Origin: Deltaproteobacteria bacterium
Lineage (GTDB): Bacteria > Myxococcota_A > UBA796 > UBA2385
Direction: 5' to 3'
Length of the DNA stretch: 64,000 bases
Assembly (NCBI GenBank): GCA_016792625.1
Contig: JAEUKK010000044.1
Span: 34,365-98,364, forward strand
Shown: positions 29,733-38,661 of the stretch, piece after piece
How positions within the stretch are numbered: the first letter of the stretch is position 1
Layout: every line of letters starts with the position of its first letter
The notes under the pieces: generated by a model
Database searches by the model: none
Told to the model about the DNA's origin: nothing
The model's input: the letters and a program-made list of their open reading frames with translations, nothing else
Position numbers and translations under genes: made by a program

Positions 29733-30446
29733 TCAGCGCAGCGGCACGCCGAGGCGCCGCGCGCGCTCGAGCAGCCGCGGGGTGATGATCCGCACCAGGC
29801 CCATGCACAGGGGGACCTCGAGGAGGGACATGGCGTACTCCAAGGACACAACGCACATAAAACTGAGGGTCACATCCGAGGTGACCAGCGCGGTCAGGAG
29901 GAAGCCGGCGATCATCTTGGTGGTGAAGGTGCCCATGGCGTTGGCCGCCCACCACAGGCCCAGGCGCAGGCGCCACCCTTGGTCCGTGGCCGGTGCGTCG
30001 ATTGGCCCTTCGGGGTCGCTGGCCTGCATGAGCGCCTTCATGGACTGGTGGGGCCAGAGCAGGTTGGCGTAGGGCACGAAAAAGCCGACGACGGTCAGAC
30101 CTGGCCCGCGGGGCTGCGGGGCCGTGCGCAAGGCCTGTGCCGCCCGGACCGCGCGGTACACCCATAGGTAGAGCACGACCGCGTTGGCCATCGAGGCGAA
30201 AGTTCGGGGGAACCAAAGGGCGTACGCATCATCCATCGACGTGTGCAAATTGTCGGACCCGGCACCCAAGCCCGAGAGGAGAGTGAGGCACATCAGCGCG
30301 GTGAACCAGACCTGCGCGCACCCCGTGACCATGACCCAGGGGACCAGGTGGCCGATCGCCTGGAGCGTGTCGGGGCCCCGAGCGGCGTCGAGCTCTGCCC
30401 GCGGCGGGGTGAAGGGGTTGGGATCGCCGGTGGGGCCCTCGGTCAT
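29733..30446 (-). CDS. DUF4328-like membrane protein (tandem paralogue A)
   Basis: N-terminal NPFTPPRAEL, four or more TM segments, W.YRA..A..L motif, C-terminal LERARRLGVPLR. The ATG overlaps the upstream paralogue's stop (ATGA). Confidence 0.8.
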   Translation of the reverse strand: MTEGPTGDPNPFTPPRAELDAARGPDTLQAIGHLVPWVMVTGCAQVWFTALMCLTLLSGLGAGSDNLHTSMDDAYALWFPRTFASMANAVVLYLWVYRAVRAAQALRTAPQPRGPGLTVVGFFVPYANLLWPHQSMKALMQASDPEGPIDAPATDQGWRLRLGLWWAANAMGTFTTKMIAGFLLTALVTSDVTLSFMCVVSLEYAMSLLEVPLCMGLVRIITPRLLERARRLGVPLR

Positions 30447-31129
30447 CGCAGCGGCACGCCGAGGCGCCGCGCGCGCTCGAGCATGCGGGTGGTGATCGTC
30501 GCCACGACCCAGATCGAGAGCGGCACCTCGATCAAGTTCGCGCAGTCGCCGACCAGGTCGAGCATGACCAACGCACCGTCGAGCGCAATCTCAGGGCGAA
30601 GGCTCATGCGCATATAGGCCTGCCCGGCCGCGGCGCTGATGACGTGCGCGCCCCACCACAACAAGATGCGGGTGCTCGTCGGATCGCCCGCAAAAGGCAC
30701 GTCGAAGCCGTCTTCGGGGGCGCTCGCCTGAAACAGCGCCTTGACCGACTGGTAGGGCCAAAACAGGCTCACGATGGGCAAGAAGAAGGACGCGACCGTC
30801 ATGCCTGGGCCGCGGGGCTGCGGGGCCTCGCGCAGGGTCTGGGCCGCCTTGACCGCCCGGTACACCCAGATGTACAGCAGAAGGCCGTTGGCCAGCAGCG
30901 CAAGGAGCATCGGGATCGAGACGAGGGCGTCGATGAGCGCCAGGGCGCTCTCGGGGTCGTCCTCTGCGCCGGCGAGGGTCAGCAGCATCGTGACCACGGT
31001 GAAGCCGACTTGGGCATAGCCGGTGCCCCGTATCCACGGGACCAAGCTGCCGATGGCCTTGAGCGCGTCGGCCGGCGGCGTCGCCTTGAGCTCGGCCTCG
31101 GGCGGGGCAAAGGGGTTGGGATCGCGCAT
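30443..31129 (-). CDS. DUF4328-like membrane protein (tandem paralogue B)
   Basis: Same architecture as paralogue A: NPFAPPEAEL, YIWVYRAVKAAQTLREAPQPRGPGMTV, C-terminal LERARRLGVPLR. Confidence 0.8.
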   Translation of the reverse strand: MRDPNPFAPPEAELKATPPADALKAIGSLVPWIRGTGYAQVGFTVVTMLLTLAGAEDDPESALALIDALVSIPMLLALLANGLLLYIWVYRAVKAAQTLREAPQPRGPGMTVASFFLPIVSLFWPYQSVKALFQASAPEDGFDVPFAGDPTSTRILLWWGAHVISAAAGQAYMRMSLRPEIALDGALVMLDLVGDCANLIEVPLSIWVVATITTRMLERARRLGVPLR

Positions 31130-31197
31130 GGGGTGCCCCGCGGGTCCTGGGTGAGCGACCCCAGCTTAGCACACGCGCCGGGCGGTCAACTCAGCCT

Positions 31198-32496
31198 TTA
31201 CCCTCTGCGTCGCCGCCACCCCACCACCAGCGCGAGCAGCCCCAGCAACCCGGCCCCGAGGCCCTGCCCGGGCCCGCTCGCGCAGCCCTCGCAGCGGCTC
31301 TTGGGCTCGTCCGTGCCTTCGAGATCAGCGATGTCGGCGCCCTCGTCCTCACAGAAGCGGCAGCCGCTGTCCTCGGGCGGCGGCGCTTCGGTGGTGACGG
31401 TGAAGGTCGCGTCTGCGGCCAGCACCCCGCCGAGGCGGTCGGGCAGGCCGGCGCGCACGGTCACGACCAGCTCGGCGTCGGTGGGCCAGGGCTCGACCGG
31501 CACGAGGTGCACGATGTGGCTATCGGTGCCGTAGAAGAGCCAGGTCTGCACCGCTAGCGGGCCCTCAGGCCCCTCGACGAGGAAGGCCTCGGGTACGATG
31601 TCGTCGCTGTGCAGGCTGCGGCGGAAGGTGATGGTGATGCGGCTGTCGGGGCTCTCGGGGTCGGTGCTCGGCACCCAGCCGCCCTCGGCGGGGTGGGTGT
31701 GGAGGATCACGTCCTCGGGCTGCAGATCGTGCAGGCGCCCCCAGACCTCGGCCCAGTAGAGCGCGATGACCTCGGCCTCACGGGCCGGGGTGCCGGGCAG
31801 GTCGGGGTCTTGCATGTGGCTGGTCGCCCAGGGGAAGCCCTCGCGGTGGCGCACGAGGCCCTCTTCTGCCTGGCTGCCGAGGCCGACGAGGCCGATGGCC
31901 AGCTCAAGCAGGTCTTGGCCCTCGTCGAGGGTGGCCTCATCGACGTCGATCCCGCGCTCCGCGAAGACCTCGACCAGGGTGGCCGCGGGCACGAAGCGCT
32001 CGGGCACCTCTTGGGGGCCGGTCAGCCAGGCCCACTCAAAGTCGGTGGCCTCGTCCATGCTGTCGCCGGCGGCCCAGCCGAGCGCGCCGTCGTAGCCCTG
32101 GCTGCGGTTCTGGTAGTGGGCGTCAAAGGTCTGGTCGGCCATGCCGTGGCTGGCCAGCCCGAGTAAGAAGGCGACGTGCTGGCGGGCCTCTTCGTCATCA
32201 TAGGGTGGGCCGTAGGTGCGGCGGATCCACGCGAGGTAGGCGCCTTGAAAGGGCTCCCAGTGGGCGGCCTCGCCGTAGGGGTGGCCGAGCGGGTAGCCGC
32301 CGTCGGGGAACATGGTGCCGTGCACGAGGGCGGCCTCGAGGGCCGGGTCGCGCACAAGGTCGCCCAGCGCGCCATCGGCGACGAGCTGCCGGGCCTCGCG
32401 GCTGATCCAGACGTGCGTGGTCTGGCCGTTGGCCCAGGCCGCGGGGCTGGCCAGGGCCACCAGCGCGGCGGCGAGGGGGCGGGCGGATGGGCGCAT
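31198..32496 (-). CDS. Secreted zinc-dependent phospholipase C-like protein with MYXO-CTERM sorting tail (enzyme family tentative)
   Basis: Signal peptide MRPSARPLAAALVALASPAAWA. His-rich metal-ligand-like motifs THVWIS, HGTMFPD, HWEPF and HGMADQTFDAHY. C-terminus CEGCASGPG...GLLGLLALVVGWRRRRG, i.e. Cys-containing motif, TM segment and Arg cluster. Confidence 0.75.
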   Translation of the reverse strand: MRPSARPLAAALVALASPAAWANGQTTHVWISREARQLVADGALGDLVRDPALEAALVHGTMFPDGGYPLGHPYGEAAHWEPFQGAYLAWIRRTYGPPYDDEEARQHVAFLLGLASHGMADQTFDAHYQNRSQGYDGALGWAAGDSMDEATDFEWAWLTGPQEVPERFVPAATLVEVFAERGIDVDEATLDEGQDLLELAIGLVGLGSQAEEGLVRHREGFPWATSHMQDPDLPGTPAREAEVIALYWAEVWGRLHDLQPEDVILHTHPAEGGWVPSTDPESPDSRITITFRRSLHSDDIVPEAFLVEGPEGPLAVQTWLFYGTDSHIVHLVPVEPWPTDAELVVTVRAGLPDRLGGVLAADATFTVTTEAPPPEDSGCRFCEDEGADIADLEGTDEPKSRCEGCASGPGQGLGAGLLGLLALVVGWRRRRG

Positions 32497-32652
32497 CGGA
32501 CCTCCAGCCCGGGGCGGCTAACGCCGGGGAGGGCGTCCAGCGCGGCGCCCTGACGGGGATCTGGCGACAGGCCCAAGGCAGCCCGGCGCCGAGCCGATAG
32601 ACGGCGCCCTTGCCCCACCCGGTCAGGCCCCGACCACAGCCCTGGAGACCCG

Positions 32653-34422
32653 ATGCTCAAGTACACGCCGCCCCTCGACGACATCCGCTTCAACCTCGAG
32701 GTCTTCGGCTACCCGGCGCTGATCGCGGCGCTGCCCAAGCTCGCCGACTTCGACCTCGACACCGCCATGGCCCTGCTCGGCGAGTACAGCAACTACTGCG
32801 CCAACGTGCTCTACCCGCTCAACCAGAAGGCCGACCAGCAGGGCCTTCATTTCGACGGCGCCACCGGCGCGGTCACCACGCCCGACGGCTTCAAAGAGGC
32901 CTACAAGGGCTGGGTCGACGCCGGCTTTGGCGGCTTGGCCCACAGCGCCGAGCACGGCGGCGGCGGGGCCCCCTTCACCCTCGCGGTGCTGGGCTCTGAG
33001 ATCTTGATCGCCTGCAACAAGTCGTTCTCGATGTGCCCGGGCCTGACCACCGGCCTCATCGACGCGCTCGAGGCCCACGGCACCGACGAGCAGAAGCACC
33101 GCTTCCTCGGCAAGCTCATCACCGGCGAGTGGTCGGGCACCATGTGCTTGACCGAGCCCCAGTGCGGCACCGATCTCGGCCTGCTGACCACCCGCGCCGA
33201 GCCCCGCGGCGACGGCAGCTACACCCTGCGCGGCACCAAGATCTGGATCACCTTCGGCGAGCACGACCTGACCGAGAACATCGTGCACCTCGTGCTGGCC
33301 CGCCTGCCCGACGCGCCCCCGGGCATCAAGGGCATCAGCGCCTTCCTCGTGCCCAAGCTCCTCGACGACGGCAGCTTCAACCACATCTCCTGCGGCGGCC
33401 TCGAGCACAAGATGGGCATCCACGCGAGCCCGACCTGCGTGATCAACATCGACGGCGCCCAGGGCTGGATGCTCGGCGAGGCCCACAAGGGCATGCGGTC
33501 GATGTTCGTGATGATGAACGCCGCGCGGCTCAACGTGGGCATCGAGGGCGTGGCCCTGGCCGAGGCGGCTTACCAAGCGGCGCTCACCTTCGCGAAAGAT
33601 CGGCGCCAGAGCCGCTCGCTCAACCCGGCCCGCCAAGAGGCCGGCCAGGCCGCCGACAACATCCTCGTGCACCCCGACGTGCGCCGCATGCTGCTGAACA
33701 TCAAGGCGACCAACGAGGCCCTGCGCGGGCTCGTCGCCATGATCGCGCTGGCCTACGACACCATGCTCCACCACCCCGACGCCGCCGAGCGCGCGGCGGC
33801 CGAAGACCGGGTGGCCCTGATGACGCCGATCATCAAGTCCTTCGGCAGCGAGCGCGGCTTCCTCAACGTCAGCGAGGCCATGCAGGTGATGGGCGGCGCG
33901 GGCTTCACCACCGACTGGCCGGTCGAGCAGCACCTGCGCGACGTGCGCATCGCCATGATCTACGAGGGCACCAACCACATCCAGGCCCTCGACCTGGTCG
34001 GCCGCAAGCTGCCGCTGGGCGGCGGCCGCCTGCTGCAGCAGTTCGCCGCCGAGGTGACCGCGACCATCGAGCAGGCCAGCGCGGTGCCCAGCCTCGCGGC
34101 CTACGCCCAGGCCCTGGGCAAAGAGGCCGGCCGCCTGACCAACACCACGATGGAGCTCATGGGCAAGGCGATGGCCGACGCCGAAGAGGTCGGCGCGGCG
34201 GCGAGCAACTACCTGAACCAGGTCGCGATCAACACGCTCGGCTACGTCTGGCTCAAGCAGCTGCTCTACCTCGAGGGCCAGCCCGACTCGGCCCAGAAGC
34301 GCGGCAAACACCAGACCGCGCGCTGGTTCTTCGAGGGCGTGCTGCCCGAGGCCGCGCTCTACGCCAAGCGCGTCAGCGTCGGCAAGGCCCCCCTAATGGA
34401 CGCCGACGTCGACCTGCTCTGA
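32653..34422 (+). CDS. Long-form acyl-CoA dehydrogenase (FadE-like, with extra C-terminal helical domain)
   Basis: GTMCLTEPQCGTDLG, GTKIWITFGEHD, PGIKGISAFLVPK, QVMGGAGFTTDWPVEQHLRDVRIAMIYEGTN. Confidence 0.95.
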   Translation: MLKYTPPLDDIRFNLEVFGYPALIAALPKLADFDLDTAMALLGEYSNYCANVLYPLNQKADQQGLHFDGATGAVTTPDGFKEAYKGWVDAGFGGLAHSAEHGGGGAPFTLAVLGSEILIACNKSFSMCPGLTTGLIDALEAHGTDEQKHRFLGKLITGEWSGTMCLTEPQCGTDLGLLTTRAEPRGDGSYTLRGTKIWITFGEHDLTENIVHLVLARLPDAPPGIKGISAFLVPKLLDDGSFNHISCGGLEHKMGIHASPTCVINIDGAQGWMLGEAHKGMRSMFVMMNAARLNVGIEGVALAEAAYQAALTFAKDRRQSRSLNPARQEAGQAADNILVHPDVRRMLLNIKATNEALRGLVAMIALAYDTMLHHPDAAERAAAEDRVALMTPIIKSFGSERGFLNVSEAMQVMGGAGFTTDWPVEQHLRDVRIAMIYEGTNHIQALDLVGRKLPLGGGRLLQQFAAEVTATIEQASAVPSLAAYAQALGKEAGRLTNTTMELMGKAMADAEEVGAAASNYLNQVAINTLGYVWLKQLLYLEGQPDSAQKRGKHQTARWFFEGVLPEAALYAKRVSVGKAPLMDADVDLL

Positions 34423-34439
34423 GCCCGCGCGGGCCCGTT

Positions 34440-34565
34440 CGGCCCTGAGCCTGGGGCGCCCCGCCTGCGGCGGCGGCCCCCCTCCCGGCGCGGCGCTGCG
34501 CGCCTTGGTCGCTGCGCGACCGGGCCTGCGGCCCGCCGTCCGGTCGGCCTGGCGCGGGGGTGGTC
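34440..34565 (-). repeat. Inverted-orientation copy of the dispersed intergenic repeat family
   Basis: ggtcgctgcgcgaccgggcctgcggcccgcc...ggtcgg matches the reverse complement of 43920-43965. Hairpin GGTCGC-TGC-GCGACC at 34507-34521. Confidence 0.6.
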
Positions 34566-35159
34566 TGGTGCGGGGAGGGGGCGCGCGCACGTCCTGCGCT
34601 TCTGAGAGCGGGGCGGAGGGGTGCACAGGCCTCGCTCGCCCAGCCACGGGGCCCACCGTGCGACCGGCCTTTGGGTTGCCGCGGCAGGCGGGAGCTTAGC
34701 GCGTCGCCAGTGCAGCTTCGTAGCCCACCTCAATGGTCGCTTCGTCGGGGCTGAGCGCCTCACCGCGGTCGTGCTTCGCCAGCAGCGCGGCGAGGCGGCC
34801 GGGCCCCGTCAGCGGCGCGCCGTCCGCAGCGCGCAGCGTCCGTCGCAAGACCCCGCGCGCGACCGGAGGCGCGCTCGGCCTCGGCCAGCATGGCGGCCGG
34901 GCCGTCGCGCTGGGGCACGCCCGGGCGTGCGTCGGCCAAATTGGGCGTCAGGGAGCAACCGCCCACCCAGGGCGGCCAACGTCACCGGTGGCGCAGCCGC
35001 CAGGGCCCGCCGCGCACCGGCCGCCAAGGCGGGGGCGCGCCGGGCAGCGCCGCCGCGGCGATATTGAAAAGGTCGCGCTCGGTGGCGGCGGTCAGCAGCG
35101 CAGGCATCGCTCGGCTACGTGGAGCGGCCGGTTAACCTGGAGGGGGTGCGGTGGGCGGA

Positions 35160-35843
35160 TCAAGCGGTCGCGTACGGCCGTCGCGGGGTGGGGCCTCGCG
35201 TGCCCTGAAGCAGGAAGGGCCAGCGATCCCCGTCATCTGCGGTGTTTGGAACGAGTTGGGCATCGCGGATGAGGTGCCGTGAGAACTCCGCGCTCCCCTC
35301 GAGCGGGGGGCTCGGAGGGCCGGTACGCGGGTTCCGCTGGTACGGCTCCTGACGGATGTGGCCCTCGAACCGGTCACCCTCACTCCCGTTCGCGAGGGTG
35401 CGAAAGTCGGCCCGCATCAAGGTCAGAAGGACGGGCTGTTGGCCCTCGTTGACGCGCAGCCAACCCTCAACGTTGCGCGTCGACCGCTCACGGAGGCCGG
35501 CAAGGCACTCCTTGGTCGTCGGGCTTGACCAAAATTCTTGTAGCGCACGCTCAAAGGACTCTTTCGACGTGTAGATCCGGTTGTACATCTGCACGCTCTC
35601 TTCGCTTGGGTAAGCAGCGATGAGTGAGATGCGTGTCTCGGCCTGCTTCCAAGGCCATACGAGCACTTCCCAGCCCCCAGCGACCGGGGTGCGGCGCACG
35701 GTAGCCTCGATTTCTCCGGGGTGGATGACTTCGATCCCCTGGGCCAGCTCTTTGAGCAAGTCGTAGTACTTCTTTGCATAGTCTGGCGGTTCGGCCTCGG
35801 CGTTAAGGTCGGCGTCCCGCTTCATGTACTCAAGCAAGCTCAT
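35160..35843 (-). CDS. Hypothetical protein (partner of the EEP enzyme; no motif recognised)
   Basis: 227-aa ORF in a visibly lower-GC stretch. Its ATG overlaps the stop of the upstream EEP gene (ATGA at 35840-35843). Confidence 0.7.
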   Translation of the reverse strand: MSLLEYMKRDADLNAEAEPPDYAKKYYDLLKELAQGIEVIHPGEIEATVRRTPVAGGWEVLVWPWKQAETRISLIAAYPSEESVQMYNRIYTSKESFERALQEFWSSPTTKECLAGLRERSTRNVEGWLRVNEGQQPVLLTLMRADFRTLANGSEGDRFEGHIRQEPYQRNPRTGPPSPPLEGSAEFSRHLIRDAQLVPNTADDGDRWPFLLQGTRGPTPRRPYATA

Positions 35844-37012
35844 GTGGTCTCCGTGAATCGATGAACAAGGGGGATGACGAGCTCGACGGGCAGGTGATCC
35901 GAGTAGGGCACCTCGGCAGCAAGAGAGCCGCCCAGCTTTGCCCGCTTTTTTGCTGAAGGCCTCGCCCTGGGGGCCCCGTCACCGCTAAAGCTTATGTGCC
36001 TGCTGAGGTCTGGCACCAGCCGCAATTTCCCTCCCTCCAGGAAGCGGTTTGCGGCGTCGGCGTTCAGAACGAACTGATCGTAAAGCTTCCATCGGTCGGC
36101 GCGTGTCGCTTCGCCCCAATAGAAGTAGGTCCCGGCAGGATGAGCCCCCACGGCACTTTGGCACAACGACCACGAGGGGTTGTAAAACGACGCCGGGATA
36201 CGGGATCGGTAGCCCCGGTTCAGCTCGCCGGCAGAGCGCGCTGCCCCCAGAAAGGCGACCCCGCTGAGCTCGTCAGACCACGGCTCGGCGTTCCAGTCGC
36301 CGCCGGCGATGACCAAGCTGACCCCTTGCTCTCTCTGGATGAGGTCCTTGATGGCCGCGCTCGTCACGAGCGCTCGCGTAAGGCGGTCCAGTCCCTCGGC
36401 GGCGGTGAGCTGGCTTGTGGCATGCACGTTTACAACGAGGACGAGCGTCGTTGATCCGATGTCAGGGTCGGTAATCTCCAGAGTCACCCAGCAGATTTCG
36501 CTGATTTTGGGGCGGCGGTCAAGCTTCTCTGGCGGCTCAGCTGACCTACGCAGGCTGATTGGCCACGATGCGTCGCCAGGCTTGCGGGTTCGAGCCAGGA
36601 TGACGGATCGACGCCCGTTCGCTCCTGGACCGTCGGTCGCCGCGCCAAGCTCCCAGCCGCGGGCTTCCAGAGCACCCGCCACTTTGGTGATGGACTTAAG
36701 GTCGGCCTCGACGGTTGTGCGGAAGCTCTCTCGGCCCTGCTCGGCGTCACGAGTCGGCCCAGCTGGGGCTCCCTCCTGGTTAGCCGCCGGCTCTGGTTCT
36801 GCGTCCGCAACCTCTGCCGCCGGCGCTGCATCCACCGGTTGCACCACTTTCGGTTCGGGCCACTCCTGGACCAGCACTGCGCCCCAAGGGCAAGTTGGTT
36901 CAAGGAGACGCGCTGCAAGAGCACCGAGCGCCTCGCGGTCGCGGTTCAAGTTCCAGGTCAAGATGGCCAGCGGGGTGGTGTTGTGGGGCGTCACCGGGGC
37001 GTTGTCTGGCAT
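35840..37012 (-). CDS. Endonuclease/exonuclease/phosphatase (EEP, DNase I-like) family protein
   Basis: N-terminal ILTWNLN, central VVNVHATS, GGDWNAEPW and C-terminal SDHLPVEL are the canonical EEP catalytic motifs in the right order. A ~100-aa acidic/Pro-rich insert is present. GC is lower than in the neighbours. Confidence 0.85.
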   Translation of the reverse strand: MPDNAPVTPHNTTPLAILTWNLNRDREALGALAARLLEPTCPWGAVLVQEWPEPKVVQPVDAAPAAEVADAEPEPAANQEGAPAGPTRDAEQGRESFRTTVEADLKSITKVAGALEARGWELGAATDGPGANGRRSVILARTRKPGDASWPISLRRSAEPPEKLDRRPKISEICWVTLEITDPDIGSTTLVLVVNVHATSQLTAAEGLDRLTRALVTSAAIKDLIQREQGVSLVIAGGDWNAEPWSDELSGVAFLGAARSAGELNRGYRSRIPASFYNPSWSLCQSAVGAHPAGTYFYWGEATRADRWKLYDQFVLNADAANRFLEGGKLRLVPDLSRHISFSGDGAPRARPSAKKRAKLGGSLAAEVPYSDHLPVELVIPLVHRFTETT

Positions 37013-37079
37013 TCGAAGCCTCGCGGGGGGGGCTAACTCGTCAGGGCTCGTTTGCCAGCCGGTCTCGTGCTGCGTGCTG

Positions 37080-37400
37080 TCCCCTCGCCCGTTCTGAGAA
37101 GCACGCCGGGCCCTCCGAGACCCCCCTCCCCCGTTCTGAGAAGCACGCTGGGCCCTCCGAGACCCCCCTCCCCCGTTCTGAGAAGCACGCCGGGCCCTCC
37201 CACACCCCCCTCGCCCGTTCTGAGAAGCACGCCGGGCCCTCCCACACCCCCCTCGCTCGTTCTGAGAAGCACGAGGGGACCTCCGAGACCCCCCTCGCCC
37301 GTTCTGAGAAGCACGAGGGGCCCTCCCACACCCCCCACGCCCGCTCTGAGAAGCACGCCGGGCCCTCCCACACCCCCACGCCCGCTCTGAGAAACGCCGG
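37080..37400. repeat. Tandem array: about 7.5 copies of a 42-bp unit with inverted-repeat core TTCT-G-AGAA
   Basis: The core GTTCTGAGAAGCAC (GCTCTGAGAAGCAC in unit 7) starts at 37091, 37133, 37175, 37217, 37259, 37301 and 37343, exactly 42 nt apart. A degenerate unit starts at 37384. The segment between cores switches between a few variants (..ccgagacccccctcccc / ..cccacacccccctcgcc). Confidence 0.95.
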
Positions 37401-37448
37401 CCCGCCCGCGCGTGGGCCGACCGGCGCCGGCGCGCGACCCGCGGCCGC

Positions 37449-38234
37449 TCAGCCGGGCTCGCCCTCGCCCGCGGGCTCGTCGCCCTCGGCGCCGCCGCGG
37501 GGGGTGCGGCGGCGGGTGGCCTCTTGCTCCTCCAGGATGGGCCGCAGCAGGCGCTGGGCCAGGGCCGGGTCGCCCTCGGACACCACGAGGGCGTGGGCGA
37601 CGAGGTGGCAGAGGCCGTCGTGGGCCTCGGCGGCGGCCGCGCGCAGGTCGGCGTAGCTCAGCTCGCCGGCCTCGCGGCGGGCGGCGGCGTAGCGGAGCTC
37701 GAAGCGGTCGATGGCCGCGAGCAGCGGGCGGAGGATCGGGCCGAGGCGGGCGGCCTCGAGGTCGGCGGCCCAGGCCTCGCTGCGCAGCAAGGCGGCGAGC
37801 GCGGCGTTGTGGGTGCGCTGCTCGGCGAAGGGCGCGCTGACGTGGCCGATGAGCCCGCCGGGGAAGGCCGCCTCGAGCAGCCGGTGGGCGAGCTGGCCCT
37901 CGGGCTCTTCGAGGCCATAGGCGCCGAGGTCGGCGACGAGCTTGCGGTGCAGGCGCCCCACATAGGCGTCGACCGCCGCGTCATCGGCGACGAGATCGGG
38001 GGTGCTGGCCAGCGCTTCGGTGACCGCGCGGGTGGCGCCCGCGCCGCGCTGCCGGTCCCAGCTCGCCTGCAGGCCGCGCAGCCGCTCGGCCACGCCCCGC
38101 TGGCGGGCGATGGCCGAGCGCAGGCCCTCAAGCCCGAGATCGGCGCTCGCGGCGGCGTCATCCATCATGTCAAGGGCGGTGAGCTGCCGCTCGGCGGACA
38201 GGCGGTGCAGCTTGACGAGCGCGGTGGCCAACAT
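37449..38234 (-). CDS. Hypothetical all-helical protein
   Basis: 3' part of track ORF 37449..38663. ATG at 38234 preceded by GGAGGGG. Codon bias is good and no motif was recognised. The upstream part of the ORF runs through simple repeats. Confidence 0.65.
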   Translation of the reverse strand: MLATALVKLHRLSAERQLTALDMMDDAAASADLGLEGLRSAIARQRGVAERLRGLQASWDRQRGAGATRAVTEALASTPDLVADDAAVDAYVGRLHRKLVADLGAYGLEEPEGQLAHRLLEAAFPGGLIGHVSAPFAEQRTHNAALAALLRSEAWAADLEAARLGPILRPLLAAIDRFELRYAAARREAGELSYADLRAAAAEAHDGLCHLVAHALVVSEGDPALAQRLLRPILEEQEATRRRTPRGGAEGDEPAGEGEPG

Positions 38235-38392
38235 GGTCCCCTCCAGGGGTGCGGGTGGGTCGGGCCCGACGGCGCCGCCGGGCTCCCCGGAGCCTACCGT
38301 GGGGCGCGCGGTGACACCCGGTGCCGACGCAGGGCCTCGGCGAGAGCCCGCGCGGGCACGGGCAGACGACCGGGGTGGTCCGGGGCGGGCGC

Positions 38393-38515
38393 TGGCGCGG
38401 TGCGGGCGGCGCGGGTGGCGCGGGCGGCGCGGGCGCCGCAGGGGCGCGGGCGGCGCGGGCGGCGCGGGATGCGCGGGATGCGCGGGATGCGCGGGCGCCG
38501 CAGGGGCGCGGCGCT
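38393..38515. repeat. 9-bp microsatellite GCGCGGG(C/T/A)(G/T), about 12 units, with an embedded 23-nt duplication
   Basis: gcgcgggtg gcgcgggcg gcgcgggcg ... gcgcgggat x3. The string gcgcgggcgccgcaggggcgcgg occurs twice. The array lies in the divergent intergenic region between 38234(-) and 38662(+). Confidence 0.85.
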
Positions 38516-38661
38516 CCGAGACCCAGGGGCGCGGCGCAGGGCCTTGGGCAGCGCGGTCTCGCGAAGCGGGCCGCGACCAGACCCGCGGGGTCGACGCTCT
38601 GGACCACCGGGGCGGTCCTGTGCCCCGCGTGCTAGAGCGGCACCTCTGGGGAGTGTGCCGC

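Noticed and set aside
37080-37400. The tandem array as a CRISPR locus
   Set aside because: The period is only 42 nt. The would-be spacers are ~16 nt and are themselves repeated variants, and no cas genes are present. This is a minisatellite or binding-site array, not CRISPR.
36895-37656. ORFs reading through the 42-bp array (SEKHAGPSETPLPR repeat protein and the reverse-strand equivalents 37033..37371 and 37041..37379)
   Set aside because: All frames are open only because the unit length is a multiple of 3. These ORFs overlap the 5' end of the EEP gene and the 3' end of the next gene, and no start context or signal was seen.
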